Source of the DNA: an uncultured Acidobacteriota bacterium
GTDB taxonomy: Bacteria; Acidobacteriota; Vicinamibacteria; Vicinamibacterales; SCN-69-37
Length of the DNA stretch: 64,000 nt
NCBI GenBank assembly: GCA_963780855.1
Contig: CAWADF010000002.1
Span: 207,100 to 271,099, forward strand
Reading direction: 5' to 3'
This document shows positions 27,342 through 37,472 of the stretch, in pieces. The notes under the pieces were generated by a model that saw only the letters and a program-made list of their open reading frames with translations, was not told the DNA's origin and did not search any database. The stretch's first letter is position 1; each line of letters starts with the position of its first letter. Made by a program: the position numbers and the translations under genes.

Positions 27342-28625
27342 GTGTCCCCTGAGTCTCCCGCGACCACTACAGCCGCAGATGCCGAAGTCGCCCGCCCCTG
27401 GCTCCAGCGGGTGGCCGGCGCGCTGACGCATCGCAACTTCCGGCTGCTCTGGCTGGCGGCACTCGGGTCGACCATCGGCACGTGGATGCAGAACTACGCG
27501 CAGGCGTGGCTGGTGTTCGACCTGACCAAGTCGAATTTCTACCTCGGCCTCGACACGTTTCTCGCCCAGCTGCCCGTGCTGCTCTTCATGCTCATCGGCG
27601 GGGTCATCGCCGATCGCCACGATCGCCGGCGGCTGCTCACCGGGTCGCAGTACGTGCAGATGTTCTCGGCCTTCACGCTGACCGCGCTGATCCTGTCGGG
27701 CCACGTGAAGGTCTGGTACATCTTCCTCCTCTCGTTCATCTCCGGCTGCGGTCAGGCGTTCGGCGGGCCCGCGTACCAATCGCTGATTCCGCAGCTGGTG
27801 CCGCGGCGCGATCTGCCGAACGCCATCGCGCTCAACTCGACGCAGTTCAACCTCTCGCGCGTCCTCGGCCCGACGGCCGGCGGCGTCGTGCTGGCGCTCA
27901 TCGGCACGGCCGGCTGCTTCGCGGTCAACGGCCTCTCGTTCTTCTTCGTCGTCTTCGCGCTGGCGTCGCTGCAGCTGCCACCGCACTTGCCGCAGACGGG
28001 CCGCCCGGCGCTGGCGGAAGAGCTGAAGAGCGGCCTGCGCTTCGTGCGCAACGACCGGCTCCTGCTGACGCTCACGATCCTCGTCTTCGTCAGCACGTTC
28101 CTCACGATGCCGATTCTGACGATGCTGCCGGCGTTCGCGAAGGACGTGCTGACGGCCAACGATCACGCGCCGGAAATCCGGCTGTCGATGCTGCTCGCCT
28201 GCCAGGGCATCGGCTCGATCATCGGCGCGCTCACGATCGGGTCGCTCGGCCGCTTCAAGCACATGGGCCGCGTGCTGCTTCTCGTGCAGGTCGTGCTGGG
28301 CGTGCTCATCGCGGCGTTCGCGGTGTCCACCACGCTCTCGCTGAGCCTCGTGCTGCTGCTCGTCGGCGGCACGTTCTTCATGGCCGTGTTCTCGATCAGC
28401 TTCTCGCTGGTCCAGCTGACGGCTCCAGATCACCTGCGCGGGCGCGTCGTGAGCATCTACATGGTCGCGCTGCGCGGCGGGTGGCCAATCGGCAGCCTGG
28501 TCGCGGGCGCGATGGCCGACAAGTTCTCGGCGCCGCACGTCATGGTGGTCAACGGCCTGCTGCTGTCGGTGGTGGCGGCCTGCCTGCTGCTCTTCCGTCG
28601 CAACACCGCGCTGATGCGCGCGTAG
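27342..28625 (+). CDS. MFS transporter (MFS_3 / enterobactin-exporter-like family)
   Basis: Intact 427-aa ORF (GTG start). FRLLWLAALGSTIGTWMQNYAQAWLV is typical of this MFS clade. About 12 TM segments. Confidence 0.85.
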   Translation: MSPESPATTTAADAEVARPWLQRVAGALTHRNFRLLWLAALGSTIGTWMQNYAQAWLVFDLTKSNFYLGLDTFLAQLPVLLFMLIGGVIADRHDRRRLLTGSQYVQMFSAFTLTALILSGHVKVWYIFLLSFISGCGQAFGGPAYQSLIPQLVPRRDLPNAIALNSTQFNLSRVLGPTAGGVVLALIGTAGCFAVNGLSFFFVVFALASLQLPPHLPQTGRPALAEELKSGLRFVRNDRLLLTLTILVFVSTFLTMPILTMLPAFAKDVLTANDHAPEIRLSMLLACQGIGSIIGALTIGSLGRFKHMGRVLLLVQVVLGVLIAAFAVSTTLSLSLVLLLVGGTFFMAVFSISFSLVQLTAPDHLRGRVVSIYMVALRGGWPIGSLVAGAMADKFSAPHVMVVNGLLLSVVAACLLLFRRNTALMRA

Positions 28626-28665
28626 AGCGCCGCCGGGGCCGACACTCGAAGGGACGGACGCGCAG

Positions 28666-29358
28666 GTGAGCCGCATTCTGGTCGTCGAAGACAGCCCGGA
28701 CATCGCGGATCTCATCCGCCACTACCTGACGCGCGCGGGGCACGAAGTCGAGGGGCTGTCGGTGGGCACGCAGGTGCTGCCGCGCGCCAGGAGCTGGCAG
28801 CCGGCGCTGATCATCCTGGATCTCATGCTGCCGGGCATGGACGGACTGCTGGTCTGCCAGGCGCTCCGCCACGACCGCGCAACGGCGGCCATTCCCGTGA
28901 TCATGCTGACCGCCCGCGGCGAGGAGAGCGACCGCATCCGGGGTCTCGAGCTGGGCGCCGACGACTACGTCACCAAGCCGTTCAGCCCGAAGGAGCTGGT
29001 CGCGCGCGTGGCCGCGCTGCTGCGCCGCACGCAGGCGCCGTCGGTGCCGTCCACGATCCTGCGCTACGGCCCGCTCACGATGGACATCGATCGCCATCAG
29101 GTCCATCTCGACGACCACGAACAGCGACTGACGGCGAAGGAGTTCCTGCTGCTCCGCTACCTGCTCGAGCATCGCGGCCGCGTGCTCTCGCGCGACCTGC
29201 TGCTCTCCGACGTGTGGGGCTACCGCTACACCGGCGGCACGCGGACGGTGGACGTTCACGTCCGCCGCCTGCGCGAGAAGCTGCCGCTGCTCCAGACCGC
29301 GCTCTCCACCATCAAGCAGTTCGGCTACAGACTCGAAGATCAGCCGCCACGCGCGTGA
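28666..29358 (+). CDS. OmpR/PhoB-family response regulator
   Basis: Receiver domain ([29 protein letters not shown]) plus winged-helix output ([15 protein letters not shown]...[12 protein letters not shown]). Translationally coupled to the kinase. Confidence 0.9.
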   Translation: MSRILVVEDSPDIADLIRHYLTRAGHEVEGLSVGTQVLPRARSWQPALIILDLMLPGMDGLLVCQALRHDRATAAIPVIMLTARGEESDRIRGLELGADDYVTKPFSPKELVARVAALLRRTQAPSVPSTILRYGPLTMDIDRHQVHLDDHEQRLTAKEFLLLRYLLEHRGRVLSRDLLLSDVWGYRYTGGTRTVDVHVRRLREKLPLLQTALSTIKQFGYRLEDQPPRA

Positions 29359-31106
29359 CGTTCCGCACCCGCACCTTTCTCGGCGCCATGCTCGCGGCTC
29401 TGCTGGCCGTCGGCGCGGCCACGTGGGTCACGGAGCGGGAGGTCCGGGCATCGCTCTACGAGGAGGTCCGGCAGGGACTCCTGACCGAGGCGCGCCTGGC
29501 CGCCGTGCTCCTGGGGGCGCGACCCTCACTGGGCGATCCGGATGACGAGGCCGATGCCATCGGCGCGCGGATCGACTCGCGCGTCACGTTCATCGCCGCC
29601 GACGGCGTCGTCCTCGGCGACTCCGAGGTCGCCAAGGCCGACCTCGGCACGCTCGAGAACCACGCCACGCGCGAAGAAATCCTTCAAGCCGCGCACACCG
29701 GCGAAGGGACCGGTCGCCGGCAGAGCCACACGACCGGCGTCTGGACGATGTACGCGGCGGTCAAGGTGTCGAGCGGACCGATTGCGTTCGCGCGGGTGGC
29801 GCTGCCGCTCACCGAGGCGGACGCGCGCGTGGCGCACGTCCGCCAACTGGCGCTCGTCGGCCTGGCCGCCGGCCTGCTGAGCGCCGTGGCCCTCGGCTGG
29901 ATTACCTCGGTGCTGCTCAATCGGCGCATTCGGGCCGTCGCCGAGGTCGCCCACCGGTACCGGGCCGGCGATTTCGACGAGGCCGCGCGCGACTACGGCC
30001 GCGACGAAATCGGCACGGTCGCCACGGTCCTCGACGAAACCGCGCGCGAACTGGGCGCCCGGCTCGCCGAGATCGCGCGCGAGCGCGCCCACATGGACGC
30101 GATTCTCACGGGCATGGCAGAAGGCGTCGTGCTGGTCAACCGCGCCGGCCGGCTCGTGCTCACCAACCCGGCTGTGCGCGCGATGCTGCGCCTGCCGGCC
30201 GCCCTCGGCGAACAGCACTTCCTGGAGGTCGTGCGGCAGCCGGATATCGCCGCGCAGGTCGCGCAGGCGCTGGCCGGCGAGCAGCCCGCGCCCGTCGAGG
30301 TGCAGCTCGACCGCGAAGGCCGGCGGACGCTCGTCGGCCACGCGGTGCCGGTGGCGCGCGAGCGCGGCGGCGGCGCCGTGCTCGTGCTCCACGACGTCAC
30401 CGAACAACGGCGCGCCGATCAGGTGCGGCGGGACTTCGTCGCCAACGTCTCGCACGAGCTCCGCACGCCGCTGACGGCGATCCGCGGCTACGTCGAGGCG
30501 CTCGCCGATCAACCTTCGGCGGAAGACACGCAGCGCTTCGTGGACATCATCGCGCGCCACGCGCTGCGCATGGAGCGACTGGTCCGGGATCTGCTCCGGC
30601 TTGCCCGCCTCGACGCCGGCCAGGAGTCGCTCGAACGGGCCGAGTGCAATCTTGCGACGCTCGTGGCCGGTGTCGCGCACGATCTGGAGCCCGCCCTCGA
30701 CGGACGCCGCCAGGACGTGATCGTGCGCCTTGCCGACGACGCCAGCACGGTCCCCGGCGATCCCGCCAAGCTGCACGACGTCCTCCGCAATCTGATCGAG
30801 AACGCGAGCAACTACAGCCCGGAGGGCGGCGCGATCGAGGTGGAGTCGCGGCGAGACGAGTCGACGGTCGCGATTACGGTCGCCGATCGCGGCCCGGGCA
30901 TCCCCGCGGCCGACCTGCCGCGCATCTTCGAGCGCTTCTACCGCGTCGATCGCTCACGCACGCGCGACCCGGGTGGGACGGGGCTGGGCCTGTCGATCGT
31001 CCGGCATCTCGTCGAGCTGCACGGCGGATCGGTCGCGGCGGCCAACCGCGACGGCGGCGGCGCGATGATCACCGTCAGGCTGCCGGCCGGCGGGCCCCCG
31101 GCATGA
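29355..31106 (+). CDS. phoR: PhoR-like sensor histidine kinase (TM-HAMP-PAS-HisKA-HATPase)
   Basis: The GTG start overlaps the regulator stop. H-box [21 protein letters not shown]-box [12 protein letters not shown]-boxes DRGPGIP and [10 protein letters not shown]. Confidence 0.85.
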   Translation: MTFRTRTFLGAMLAALLAVGAATWVTEREVRASLYEEVRQGLLTEARLAAVLLGARPSLGDPDDEADAIGARIDSRVTFIAADGVVLGDSEVAKADLGTLENHATREEILQAAHTGEGTGRRQSHTTGVWTMYAAVKVSSGPIAFARVALPLTEADARVAHVRQLALVGLAAGLLSAVALGWITSVLLNRRIRAVAEVAHRYRAGDFDEAARDYGRDEIGTVATVLDETARELGARLAEIARERAHMDAILTGMAEGVVLVNRAGRLVLTNPAVRAMLRLPAALGEQHFLEVVRQPDIAAQVAQALAGEQPAPVEVQLDREGRRTLVGHAVPVARERGGGAVLVLHDVTEQRRADQVRRDFVANVSHELRTPLTAIRGYVEALADQPSAEDTQRFVDIIARHALRMERLVRDLLRLARLDAGQESLERAECNLATLVAGVAHDLEPALDGRRQDVIVRLADDASTVPGDPAKLHDVLRNLIENASNYSPEGGAIEVESRRDESTVAITVADRGPGIPAADLPRIFERFYRVDRSRTRDPGGTGLGLSIVRHLVELHGGSVAAANRDGGGAMITVRLPAGGPPA

Positions 31107-31723
31107 TCCCGGGCCTCGCGGCGTACTCGTCCGTGACGCTGATCTTCGCGCTCACGCCCGGGGCGACGACCGCGGTGGTGGTGCGGAACGCCATCGAAGG
31201 CGGCTGGCGCACCGGCATGCGCGCGGCCCTTGGCGCCGCCGGCGGGAACACCTGCCAGGCCCTGGCCGCCGGACTCGGCCTCGCCATGCTCGTCCGCCAG
31301 GCGCCGCGCCTCTGGACGACGGTGCAGGTCGCGGGCGTGGCGTACCTCGCATGGCTCGGCGCGCAGAGCTTCCTGCGAATGTGGCGCGGGGCGCCGCGCG
31401 CCGTCGCACCGACCGCGGCGGGCTCGTCGTCGAGCGGGGCGGCCGTCCGGCAGGGCTTCCTCACGAACGTGCTCAATCCGTCGATCGGCACGTTCTATCT
31501 GGTGATCGTGCCGAGCTTCCTGCCAGCGTCGCCGCCGGCCTCGCTCTTCGCGCTGTTTGCGGTCGTCCACATCTCGACGGCATTCATGTGTCACTGCTTC
31601 TGGGCGGCGGCGTTCAACGCGTTGCGGAAGGCGTTCGCGCAGCCGGGCTTCGTGCGCGCCGTGGAAGGACTGACCGGCGCCGCGCTGCTGCTGCTCGCGT
31701 GGCGTCTGGCGGTCAGAATCTGA
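31103..31723 (+). CDS. LysE/RhtB-family amino-acid exporter
   Basis: 206 aa, six hydrophobic segments, [13 protein letters not shown] and [15 protein letters not shown] motifs. The start overlaps the kinase stop. Confidence 0.8.
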   Translation: MIPGLAAYSSVTLIFALTPGATTAVVVRNAIEGGWRTGMRAALGAAGGNTCQALAAGLGLAMLVRQAPRLWTTVQVAGVAYLAWLGAQSFLRMWRGAPRAVAPTAAGSSSSGAAVRQGFLTNVLNPSIGTFYLVIVPSFLPASPPASLFALFAVVHISTAFMCHCFWAAAFNALRKAFAQPGFVRAVEGLTGAALLLLAWRLAVRI

Positions 31724-32711
31724 AGAGCCGCGCAATCGAGTACGTCAGCGCGCCGATCAGCGCGGACGCCGGAATCGTGAGGATCCACGCCCAGACGATT
31801 TGGCCGGCCACGCCCCACCGGACGGCGCTCAACCGGCGCGTCGCGCCGACGCCGACGATGGCGCCGGTGATCGTGTGGGTCGTGCTGATGCCGACACCCA
31901 TCGCCGTGGCCGTGTAGATCGCGACCGCCGCGCCCGTCTCGGCCGCAAACCCCATCGCCGGCGTCAGCTTCGTAATCTTCGAGCCCATCGTCTTGATGAT
32001 CCGCCAGCCGCCACTCAACGTGCCGAGGCTGATGGCCGTATAGGAGAGCAGCTCCACCCAGAAGGGCACCTCGAACTTGGACAGGTAGCCGCCGGTCATC
32101 AGCGCGCCCGTGATGATCCCCATCGTCTTCTGCGCGTCGTTCGCGCCGTGCATCAGGCTGTACGCGGCCGCCGAGAGGAGCTGCAGCTTCCGGAACCACC
32201 GATCGACGCGCGCCGGAGTCGAGTCGCGGAAGCCCCAGTAGATCGCCGTCATCACGAGGAGCCCGACCACCAGCCCGATGAGCGGCGCCACGACGATGAA
32301 GACGATCGTCTTCGTCCAGCCGGACGCGATAATGGCGCCGAAGCCCGCCTTGGCCACGGCGGCGCCCGCGTAGCCGCCAAACAGCGCGTGCGACGAGCTG
32401 GTCGGCAGGCCGGAATACCACGTGATCAGGTTCCATGCGATCGCGCCGGCCAGGCCGGAGAGGATCACGGCGTAGGTCACGGCGTTGAGATCGACCATGC
32501 CCGTGCCGACCGTCTTGGCGACGCCGGTGCCGACGCCGAAGGCCGCCGCGAAGTTGAAGAACGCCGCCCAGGCCACGGCCTGGAGCGGCGACAGCACGCG
32601 GGTCGACACCACGGTCGCGATCGAGTTCGCGGCATCGTGGAACCCGTTGATGTAGTCGAACACGAGCGCGACCGTGATGATCGCGACGATGACGGAGATC
32701 GCCGGCGTCAC
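31713..32711 (-). CDS. pitA: PiT-family inorganic phosphate transporter
   Basis: Intact 332-aa ORF carrying the PHO4 signature twice (GFHDAANSIAT, HGANDAQKTMGIIT). Confidence 0.9.
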   Translation of the reverse strand: MTPAISVIVAIITVALVFDYINGFHDAANSIATVVSTRVLSPLQAVAWAAFFNFAAAFGVGTGVAKTVGTGMVDLNAVTYAVILSGLAGAIAWNLITWYSGLPTSSSHALFGGYAGAAVAKAGFGAIIASGWTKTIVFIVVAPLIGLVVGLLVMTAIYWGFRDSTPARVDRWFRKLQLLSAAAYSLMHGANDAQKTMGIITGALMTGGYLSKFEVPFWVELLSYTAISLGTLSGGWRIIKTMGSKITKLTPAMGFAAETGAAVAIYTATAMGVGISTTHTITGAIVGVGATRRLSAVRWGVAGQIVWAWILTIPASALIGALTYSIARLFRF

Positions 32712-32714
32712 AGG

Positions 32715-33338
32715 TTACCCGTGCTTGACGACCACGCCTTCGATGACGTTGGCAACGTCTTCACACGCATCGGTGACCTGCTCGAGCACGTCGTAGAGCT
32801 CCTTCCACTTCATGATGACGATGGGATCGGTCTCGGTCTCGAACAGCGTCCGGATCGCTTCCTGATACTCGCGGTCCGCTTCGTTCTCGAGCCGGTTGAC
32901 TTCGACGGCGTGGGGCTGCACGGGCTTGCGGCTCGCCAGCGCCACCAGCGCGCTGTGCAGGCTCTCGGCGGAAAGCGAGACGATGTGCGCCAGCTCGCGG
33001 GCACCCGGGCGGATGGTCTGAATCCCGTACAGCCGGAGCAGCGTCGCGACGTGGTCGATGGCGTCCATGACCGTGTCGAGCGACGTGGCCAGGGCGTACA
33101 GATCCTCGCGATCGAAGGGCGTCACGAACGTGCGGTGGAGCCGCTGGATGGCGTCGTGCGTCAGCGTGTCGCACCGGTGCTCGGCGTCTCTGATGAGGTC
33201 CGCCTTGCGTCCGTCCGGCCCCGCACCAGCGAGCATTTCCTCGAGGAGCTTCGCGGCCGCGCGAATCTCGTCCGCCATCTGGTTGTAGAGGTCGAAAAAC
33301 TGCCCGTCCCGGGGAAGGAAGCTGAATTTGAGGGGCAC
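32715..33338 (-). CDS. DUF47 (PhoU-like) Pit accessory protein
   Basis: Intact 207-aa ORF immediately upstream of pit. Helical PhoU-like repeat pattern (FFDLYNQMADEI..., EADREYQEAIRTLF). Confidence 0.8.
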   Translation of the reverse strand: MPLKFSFLPRDGQFFDLYNQMADEIRAAAKLLEEMLAGAGPDGRKADLIRDAEHRCDTLTHDAIQRLHRTFVTPFDREDLYALATSLDTVMDAIDHVATLLRLYGIQTIRPGARELAHIVSLSAESLHSALVALASRKPVQPHAVEVNRLENEADREYQEAIRTLFETETDPIVIMKWKELYDVLEQVTDACEDVANVIEGVVVKHG

Positions 33339-33399
33339 TGGTCGCTCGCGGGCGAAATTCTAGCAAAGAAACTGTAACGACTGTGCAAACGGCGGGCGC

Positions 33400-33420
33400 G
33401 TAACCGACATTTAACGGGCA
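33400..33420 (+). promoter_or_regulatory. Weak Pho-box-like pair GTAACCGACAT-TTAACGGGCA in the pit / response-regulator divergent region
   Basis: Two TAAC-core units with 11-bp phasing. They resemble the stronger pairs at 37455 and 40521. Confidence 0.3.
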
Positions 33421-33465
33421 CGATACGGCCGGGAAACCCCGGTTGGCTACCCTCTGGCCAGGGGA

Positions 33466-34164
33466 TTGCCTGTGACCACTGCCTCACGCATTCTGGTCGT
33501 CGAAGACGAAGTCGACATCGCGCAGCTCATCAAGCACACGCTCGAACGGGGGGGCGACACCCAGGTGGAGGTGGTCACCAGCGGAGACGCGGCGCTCAAG
33601 GCCGTCGGCGATCGCCAGCCCGATCTCGTGATCCTGGATCTGAACCTGCCCGTTCTGGACGGCACCGAGGTTTGTCGCCTGCTGCGCGCGCGCCCGGCCA
33701 CGGCGACGCTGCCGATCATCATGCTCACGGCGCGCACGGGCGAGGCGGACCGCGTCTCCGGGCTGGACCTGGGCGCCGACGATTACGTGACGAAGCCGTT
33801 CAGTCTGCGCGAACTCGCGGCGCGCGTCCGCGCGGTCCTGCGCCGCAAGGCCGGTGCCCGCGGATCGGCGATGTCGATCTACCGCGGCAAGCACCTCGTC
33901 GCGGACTTCGACGCGGTGTCGGTGACCGTGGACGGCGAGCCGGTGCGGCTCACGCGGCGGGAGTTCGAACTGCTCAAATGCCTCGTGGAAAACCGCAACC
34001 GCGTGCTGTCCCGCGACCGCCTGCTCGAGCGCGTCTGGGGCTACGAGCAGTTCATCGAGACGCGATCAGTGGACGTGCACGTCGGCCGCCTGCGATCGAA
34101 GCTCGGCCCGGCAGGCGACCAGATCGAAACGGTCGTGGGTCTGGGCTATCGGTTCGTCGAGTAG
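33466..34164 (+). CDS. OmpR/PhoB-family response regulator (no adjacent kinase)
   Basis: Intact 232-aa ORF (TTG start). ILVVEDEVDI, LVILDLNLPVLDG and a wHTH output domain (LTRREFELLKCLVEN...VDVHVGRLRSKL). Confidence 0.9.
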   Translation: MPVTTASRILVVEDEVDIAQLIKHTLERGGDTQVEVVTSGDAALKAVGDRQPDLVILDLNLPVLDGTEVCRLLRARPATATLPIIMLTARTGEADRVSGLDLGADDYVTKPFSLRELAARVRAVLRRKAGARGSAMSIYRGKHLVADFDAVSVTVDGEPVRLTRREFELLKCLVENRNRVLSRDRLLERVWGYEQFIETRSVDVHVGRLRSKLGPAGDQIETVVGLGYRFVE

Positions 34165-34173
34165 AAAGCGGCG

Positions 34174-34224
34174 TCGTCCAGCGTCCAGGGTCCAAAGTCC
34201 AGGGTCCAAGGTCCGCGCTGGACC
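34174..34224. repeat. GTCCAGG-word array closed by the stem GTCCAGCG/CGCTGGAC; candidate bidirectional terminator
   Basis: TCCAGCG TCCAGGG TCCAAAG TCCAGGG TCCAAGG TCCGCGCTGGACC, between convergent stops at 34164 and 34228. Confidence 0.55.
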
Positions 34225-34227
34225 TCC

Positions 34228-34419
34228 CTACCTCGCCCCTTCGTCGCGGCAGTTCAGTTCGAACACCCGGATGGCGCGCTCGACGCGGTGCCAGTCGGTG
34301 TAGTTGATGTCGCGGACGACGCGGTCGTCCTGCTCCTCCCGCACCGCCCAGCCGGCGTCGCTTCTCGTGATGGTGACGCGCTTGGTGTGTCCGGCGTGCA
34401 CGAACTCGCGGGTCAACAT
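34228..34419 (-). CDS. Small hypothetical protein (63 aa)
   Basis: AGGAG-N5-ATG start. Sequence is MLTREFVHAGHTKRVTITRSDAGWAVREEQDDRVVRDINYTDWHRVERAIRVFELN. No family recognised. Confidence 0.4.
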   Translation of the reverse strand: MLTREFVHAGHTKRVTITRSDAGWAVREEQDDRVVRDINYTDWHRVERAIRVFELNCRDEGAR

Positions 34420-34452
34420 GTCAGCTCCTGGCCCCATGTCAGCTCCTGGCCC
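34417..34452. repeat. Perfect 18-bp tandem duplication covering the SD-ATG of the small ORF
   Basis: Plus strand reads CATGTCAGCTCCTGGCCC twice. On the minus strand this is GGGCCAGGAGCTGACATG x2, giving two in-frame SD-ATG units 18 nt apart. Confidence 0.8.
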
Positions 34453-34601
34453 CATCGGGGGGCCCATTGATACCGCGAAAGGCCGGGTCGGCATGTAAAC
34501 TCTTCGTAACATTTGGGCCAACCGCTGCAGGACTGGCGGTTTCCGGCCGACATTCTTGACTTGCCTTCAAGTCCGACGTGCTCGCATAGGATGTACGCCA
34601 C

Positions 34602-35855
34602 ATGAACGACGTGCTCACCATTGTCCTCGGCGGTGGCCGGGGCACCCGGCTCTTCCCGCTGACGCACCTGCGATCCAAACCCGCCGTTCCAATTGGCGGC
34701 AAGTACCGCCTGATCGACGTGCCCATCAGTAACTGCCTCCACGCGGGCCTCAAGCGCATCTACGTGCTGACGCAGTTCAACTCGGCCTCGCTCAATCGGC
34801 ACGTGGCGCAGACGTACCGGATGGACTTGTTTTCGGGCGGCTTCGTCGAGGTCCTCGCCGCCGAGCAGACGCCCGAGGGCGAGCAGTGGTTCCAGGGCAC
34901 CGCGGACGCGGTGCGGCAGGCGGCGCGCCACTTCCGCGATGTCGAAGCCGAGTACTACCTGATCCTCGCGGGCGATCACATCTACCGCATGGACTTCGCG
35001 GAACTGATCGAAACGCACATCGAGCGCGACGCGGACATCACGATCGCCGCGCAGCCCGTGACGTCCGACGACGCGACGCAGATGGGCATCTTCCGGTTCG
35101 ACGCCACCGGTCAGATCCTCGGCTTCGAGGAAAAGCCGCGCTCGGAGCGCCTGGCGCAGATGGGCTCGAGCGCGCCGGCGCATTCACCGGCGGGCCTGCT
35201 GACGGCCGACAAGCCGTTTGTCGCGTCGATGGGCATCTACGTGTTCTCCCGCGAGGTGCTGTACGACGTGCTGGCGCGCGATCGGGCGGTCGACTTCGGG
35301 CGCGAGATCATCCCGCACGCGCTCGGCACGCACCGCGTGCACACGTATCTCTACCGCGGCTTCTGGGCGGACGTCGGAACGGTCAGCTCGTTCTACGACG
35401 TCAACCTGATGCTGACGCGGCGCGGCGCGCCGTTCAGCTTCTACCACCCGACGCGGCCCATCTACACGCGACCGCGCTTCCTCCCGGCCGCGCGCGTGCA
35501 CGCGTGCCGCATCGACGAGTCGCTCGTCGCCGATGGCGCGTACCTCGACACGTGCGAGATCGAGCAGACCGTCGTCGGCGTCCGGATGTCGGTCCATCGC
35601 GGCACGAAGGTCACCCGGTCCGTGCTGCTTGGCGCGGACTACTACGAGGAGCAGGTCGGCGATCTGCCGCTCGGCGTCGGGCGCAACGTCGTGCTCGACC
35701 GGGTGATCGTGGACAAGAACGCGCGCATCGGCGACGGCGCGCGACTGGTGAACGAACGCGGAATCCAGGACGTGGACGGCGACGGGTACTACATCCGCAG
35801 CGGCATCATCATCGTGCCCAAAGGCGGCGTCGTCAAGCCGGGTACTGTCGTTTGA
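34602..35855 (+). CDS. glgC: Glucose-1-phosphate adenylyltransferase
   Basis: Intact 417-aa ORF with LGGGRGTRLFPLT, PAVPIGGKYRLIDVPISN, FQGTADAV and a C-terminal left-handed beta-helix. Confidence 0.95.
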   Translation: MNDVLTIVLGGGRGTRLFPLTHLRSKPAVPIGGKYRLIDVPISNCLHAGLKRIYVLTQFNSASLNRHVAQTYRMDLFSGGFVEVLAAEQTPEGEQWFQGTADAVRQAARHFRDVEAEYYLILAGDHIYRMDFAELIETHIERDADITIAAQPVTSDDATQMGIFRFDATGQILGFEEKPRSERLAQMGSSAPAHSPAGLLTADKPFVASMGIYVFSREVLYDVLARDRAVDFGREIIPHALGTHRVHTYLYRGFWADVGTVSSFYDVNLMLTRRGAPFSFYHPTRPIYTRPRFLPAARVHACRIDESLVADGAYLDTCEIEQTVVGVRMSVHRGTKVTRSVLLGADYYEEQVGDLPLGVGRNVVLDRVIVDKNARIGDGARLVNERGIQDVDGDGYYIRSGIIIVPKGGVVKPGTVV

Positions 35856-35860
35856 TTGAG

Positions 35861-35954
35861 GGGAAACCGGTGAATTTGTGAATGAGGTGAATGAGTGAAT
35901 GCGGAGCATTCCGTGATTCACCCGTTTCACCCATTCACTAGTTCACCCGTTTAC
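35861..35954. repeat. Imperfect palindrome of GTGAAT words (same subfamily as 27067-27317)
   Basis: GGGGAAACCGGTGAATTTGTGAATGAGGTGAATGAGTGAATG - CGGAGCATTCCG - TGATTCACCCGTTTCACCCATTCACTAGTTCACCCGTTTAC. Shares the 18-mer TTCACCCGTTTCACCCAT with the 27.2-kb element. Lies between convergent glgC and sixA. Confidence 0.7.
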
Positions 35955-35964
35955 GAGAGCCCTG

Positions 35965-36468
35965 TCACGCGAGAGCGCGAAGCATCTTGGGCGTCGCGAA
36001 CCAGACGAGCTGGCCGCCGCGCCCCGAGGGCTGATCCGGAAAATCGATCCGGCAGATGCCGCCCTTGCGGAACGGCAACGGGGTGCGCGCGCTGATGAAC
36101 CACGCGGCGAGCTCGCCGAGGCTCGGCTCGTGGCCGACCAGCGCGACGGCGCGGGCCTCGCGGTCGAAGGTGATCGCCTCGGCCACCTTCGGGGGAGCGC
36201 CTCCCGGCGCGAGCGGCGTGAGCGGACGAAGGATCGGCGCCGGCTTCAGTCCCGCGACCAGAATCTCGGCCGTCTCGATCGCCCGCACGAGCGGACTCGT
36301 GTAGACCAGCTCAATCTTGACGTCGAGCTCGCGCAGCCCCGACACGAGCTTCCGCATCTTGGCGGCGCCTTCGTGCGTGAGCGGCCGCTTCGTATCATCC
36401 GGCCAGTCCTCGCCGCGCTCGGCGGCGATGGCGTGACGGACGAGATATAGCGTGCCTCCGGCGCTCAT
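35965..36468 (-). CDS. sixA: Phosphohistidine phosphatase SixA
   Basis: Intact 167-aa ORF. Histidine-phosphatase RHG-type start LYLVRHAIAAERG and VALVGHEPSLGEL. Confidence 0.85.
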   Translation of the reverse strand: MSAGGTLYLVRHAIAAERGEDWPDDTKRPLTHEGAAKMRKLVSGLRELDVKIELVYTSPLVRAIETAEILVAGLKPAPILRPLTPLAPGGAPPKVAEAITFDREARAVALVGHEPSLGELAAWFISARTPLPFRKGGICRIDFPDQPSGRGGQLVWFATPKMLRALA

Positions 36469-37436
36469 CGGTCCCCCGTTCGGCGCGCGGATCGCATCGC
36501 GTCACGCGCCTTCGACGCGCCCACCGTGGCCTTGGCCATGCGCGGGCGCCGACCAAGCAGCGCCGCGAGGACCTCGTTGGTCCCGCGTGTCGCGAGGTCC
36601 CCGAGCGCCGCGCGCTTCGCGAGAAACGTCGCGTGCAGCTCGCGGCATTCGCGGTCGAGCGACAGCGCGATGTCTTCCTGCCGGGCGGCCGATCGCTCGC
36701 CCAGGCCGATCGACATCCCGCGGACCCGCAATGCCAGCACCTCGAGATCGTGCATCCGCCCGAGCGTGTCCTGCTGCCGCCTCAACGGGGCGACCATCGG
36801 CTCGACCGGCAGGCCAATGGCATCGCGGACCACTTCCAGGGTGTACCGCAGTTTCTTGGCGGCGATCCGGACGGCGTGCAGCGCCTCGGTCGCGTACAGC
36901 GTGCCGGCCGCCTCGATCGCGGCCACGAGGCTCGCGGCTCGGCGCTTCAGGCGGCGTGCCACGGCGCGTTCCGCGACCGACCGCGTGCGGTGGTCCGCCA
37001 CGGCCTGTGCGATGTCTTCGAGCCTGGTGCGGAGTCGATCGGCATCGATGGCCTCCAGCCGTCGGCGGACGTCGTCGGCCAACCTCCGGCGCTCGTCGTC
37101 GAGCTGACGGCCGATGCGGTCGACGACGACGGCGTCCCACGGATGCTGCTCGGCCCCCTGCGACAACTCGGCGATCGCGACGTCGAGCTCGCGGACTTTC
37201 CCGAGCAGCCTCGTCACACGGCGCACGTCGCGACGCGCCCGATCGATCCCGGCCCCCGGCGCGGCTGAAGCCGCCACGGGCAGCAGCTCGCGCAGCCGCC
37301 GCGACGAGGTCCGGGCGAGGTGCACGCCGCGCGGCTCACCGCGGCGGGCACGCCCCAGCTCGGCCGAGAGCGTGAGTGTCTGCGACGTCAGCGCGTCGGC
37401 CAGGGCCGATCCGGACGTCGTGGTAGCATGAGCCAT
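36465..37436 (-). CDS. CHAD-domain protein (polyphosphate-granule associated family)
   Basis: Intact 323-aa ORF from MAHATTT. Repeated helical R/H-rich CHAD pattern (HLARTSSRRLRELL, HAVRIAAKKLRYTLEV, LGRMHDLEVL). The stop overlaps the sixA start. Confidence 0.8.
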   Translation of the reverse strand: MAHATTTSGSALADALTSQTLTLSAELGRARRGEPRGVHLARTSSRRLRELLPVAASAAPGAGIDRARRDVRRVTRLLGKVRELDVAIAELSQGAEQHPWDAVVVDRIGRQLDDERRRLADDVRRRLEAIDADRLRTRLEDIAQAVADHRTRSVAERAVARRLKRRAASLVAAIEAAGTLYATEALHAVRIAAKKLRYTLEVVRDAIGLPVEPMVAPLRRQQDTLGRMHDLEVLALRVRGMSIGLGERSAARQEDIALSLDRECRELHATFLAKRAALGDLATRGTNEVLAALLGRRPRMAKATVGASKARDAMRSARRTGDR

Positions 37437-37454
37437 CAGTTTCGGTCTCCACCC

Positions 37455-37472
37455 GTAACACCTGTGTAACAC
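37455..37472 (+). promoter_or_regulatory. Pho-box-like direct repeat GTAACAC-CTGT-GTAACAC (11-bp phasing) in the CHAD/ppx divergent gap
   Basis: Two perfect 7-mers 11 bp apart. They end at the ppx ATG (37473) and lie 19-36 nt upstream of the CHAD ATG. Confidence 0.45.
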
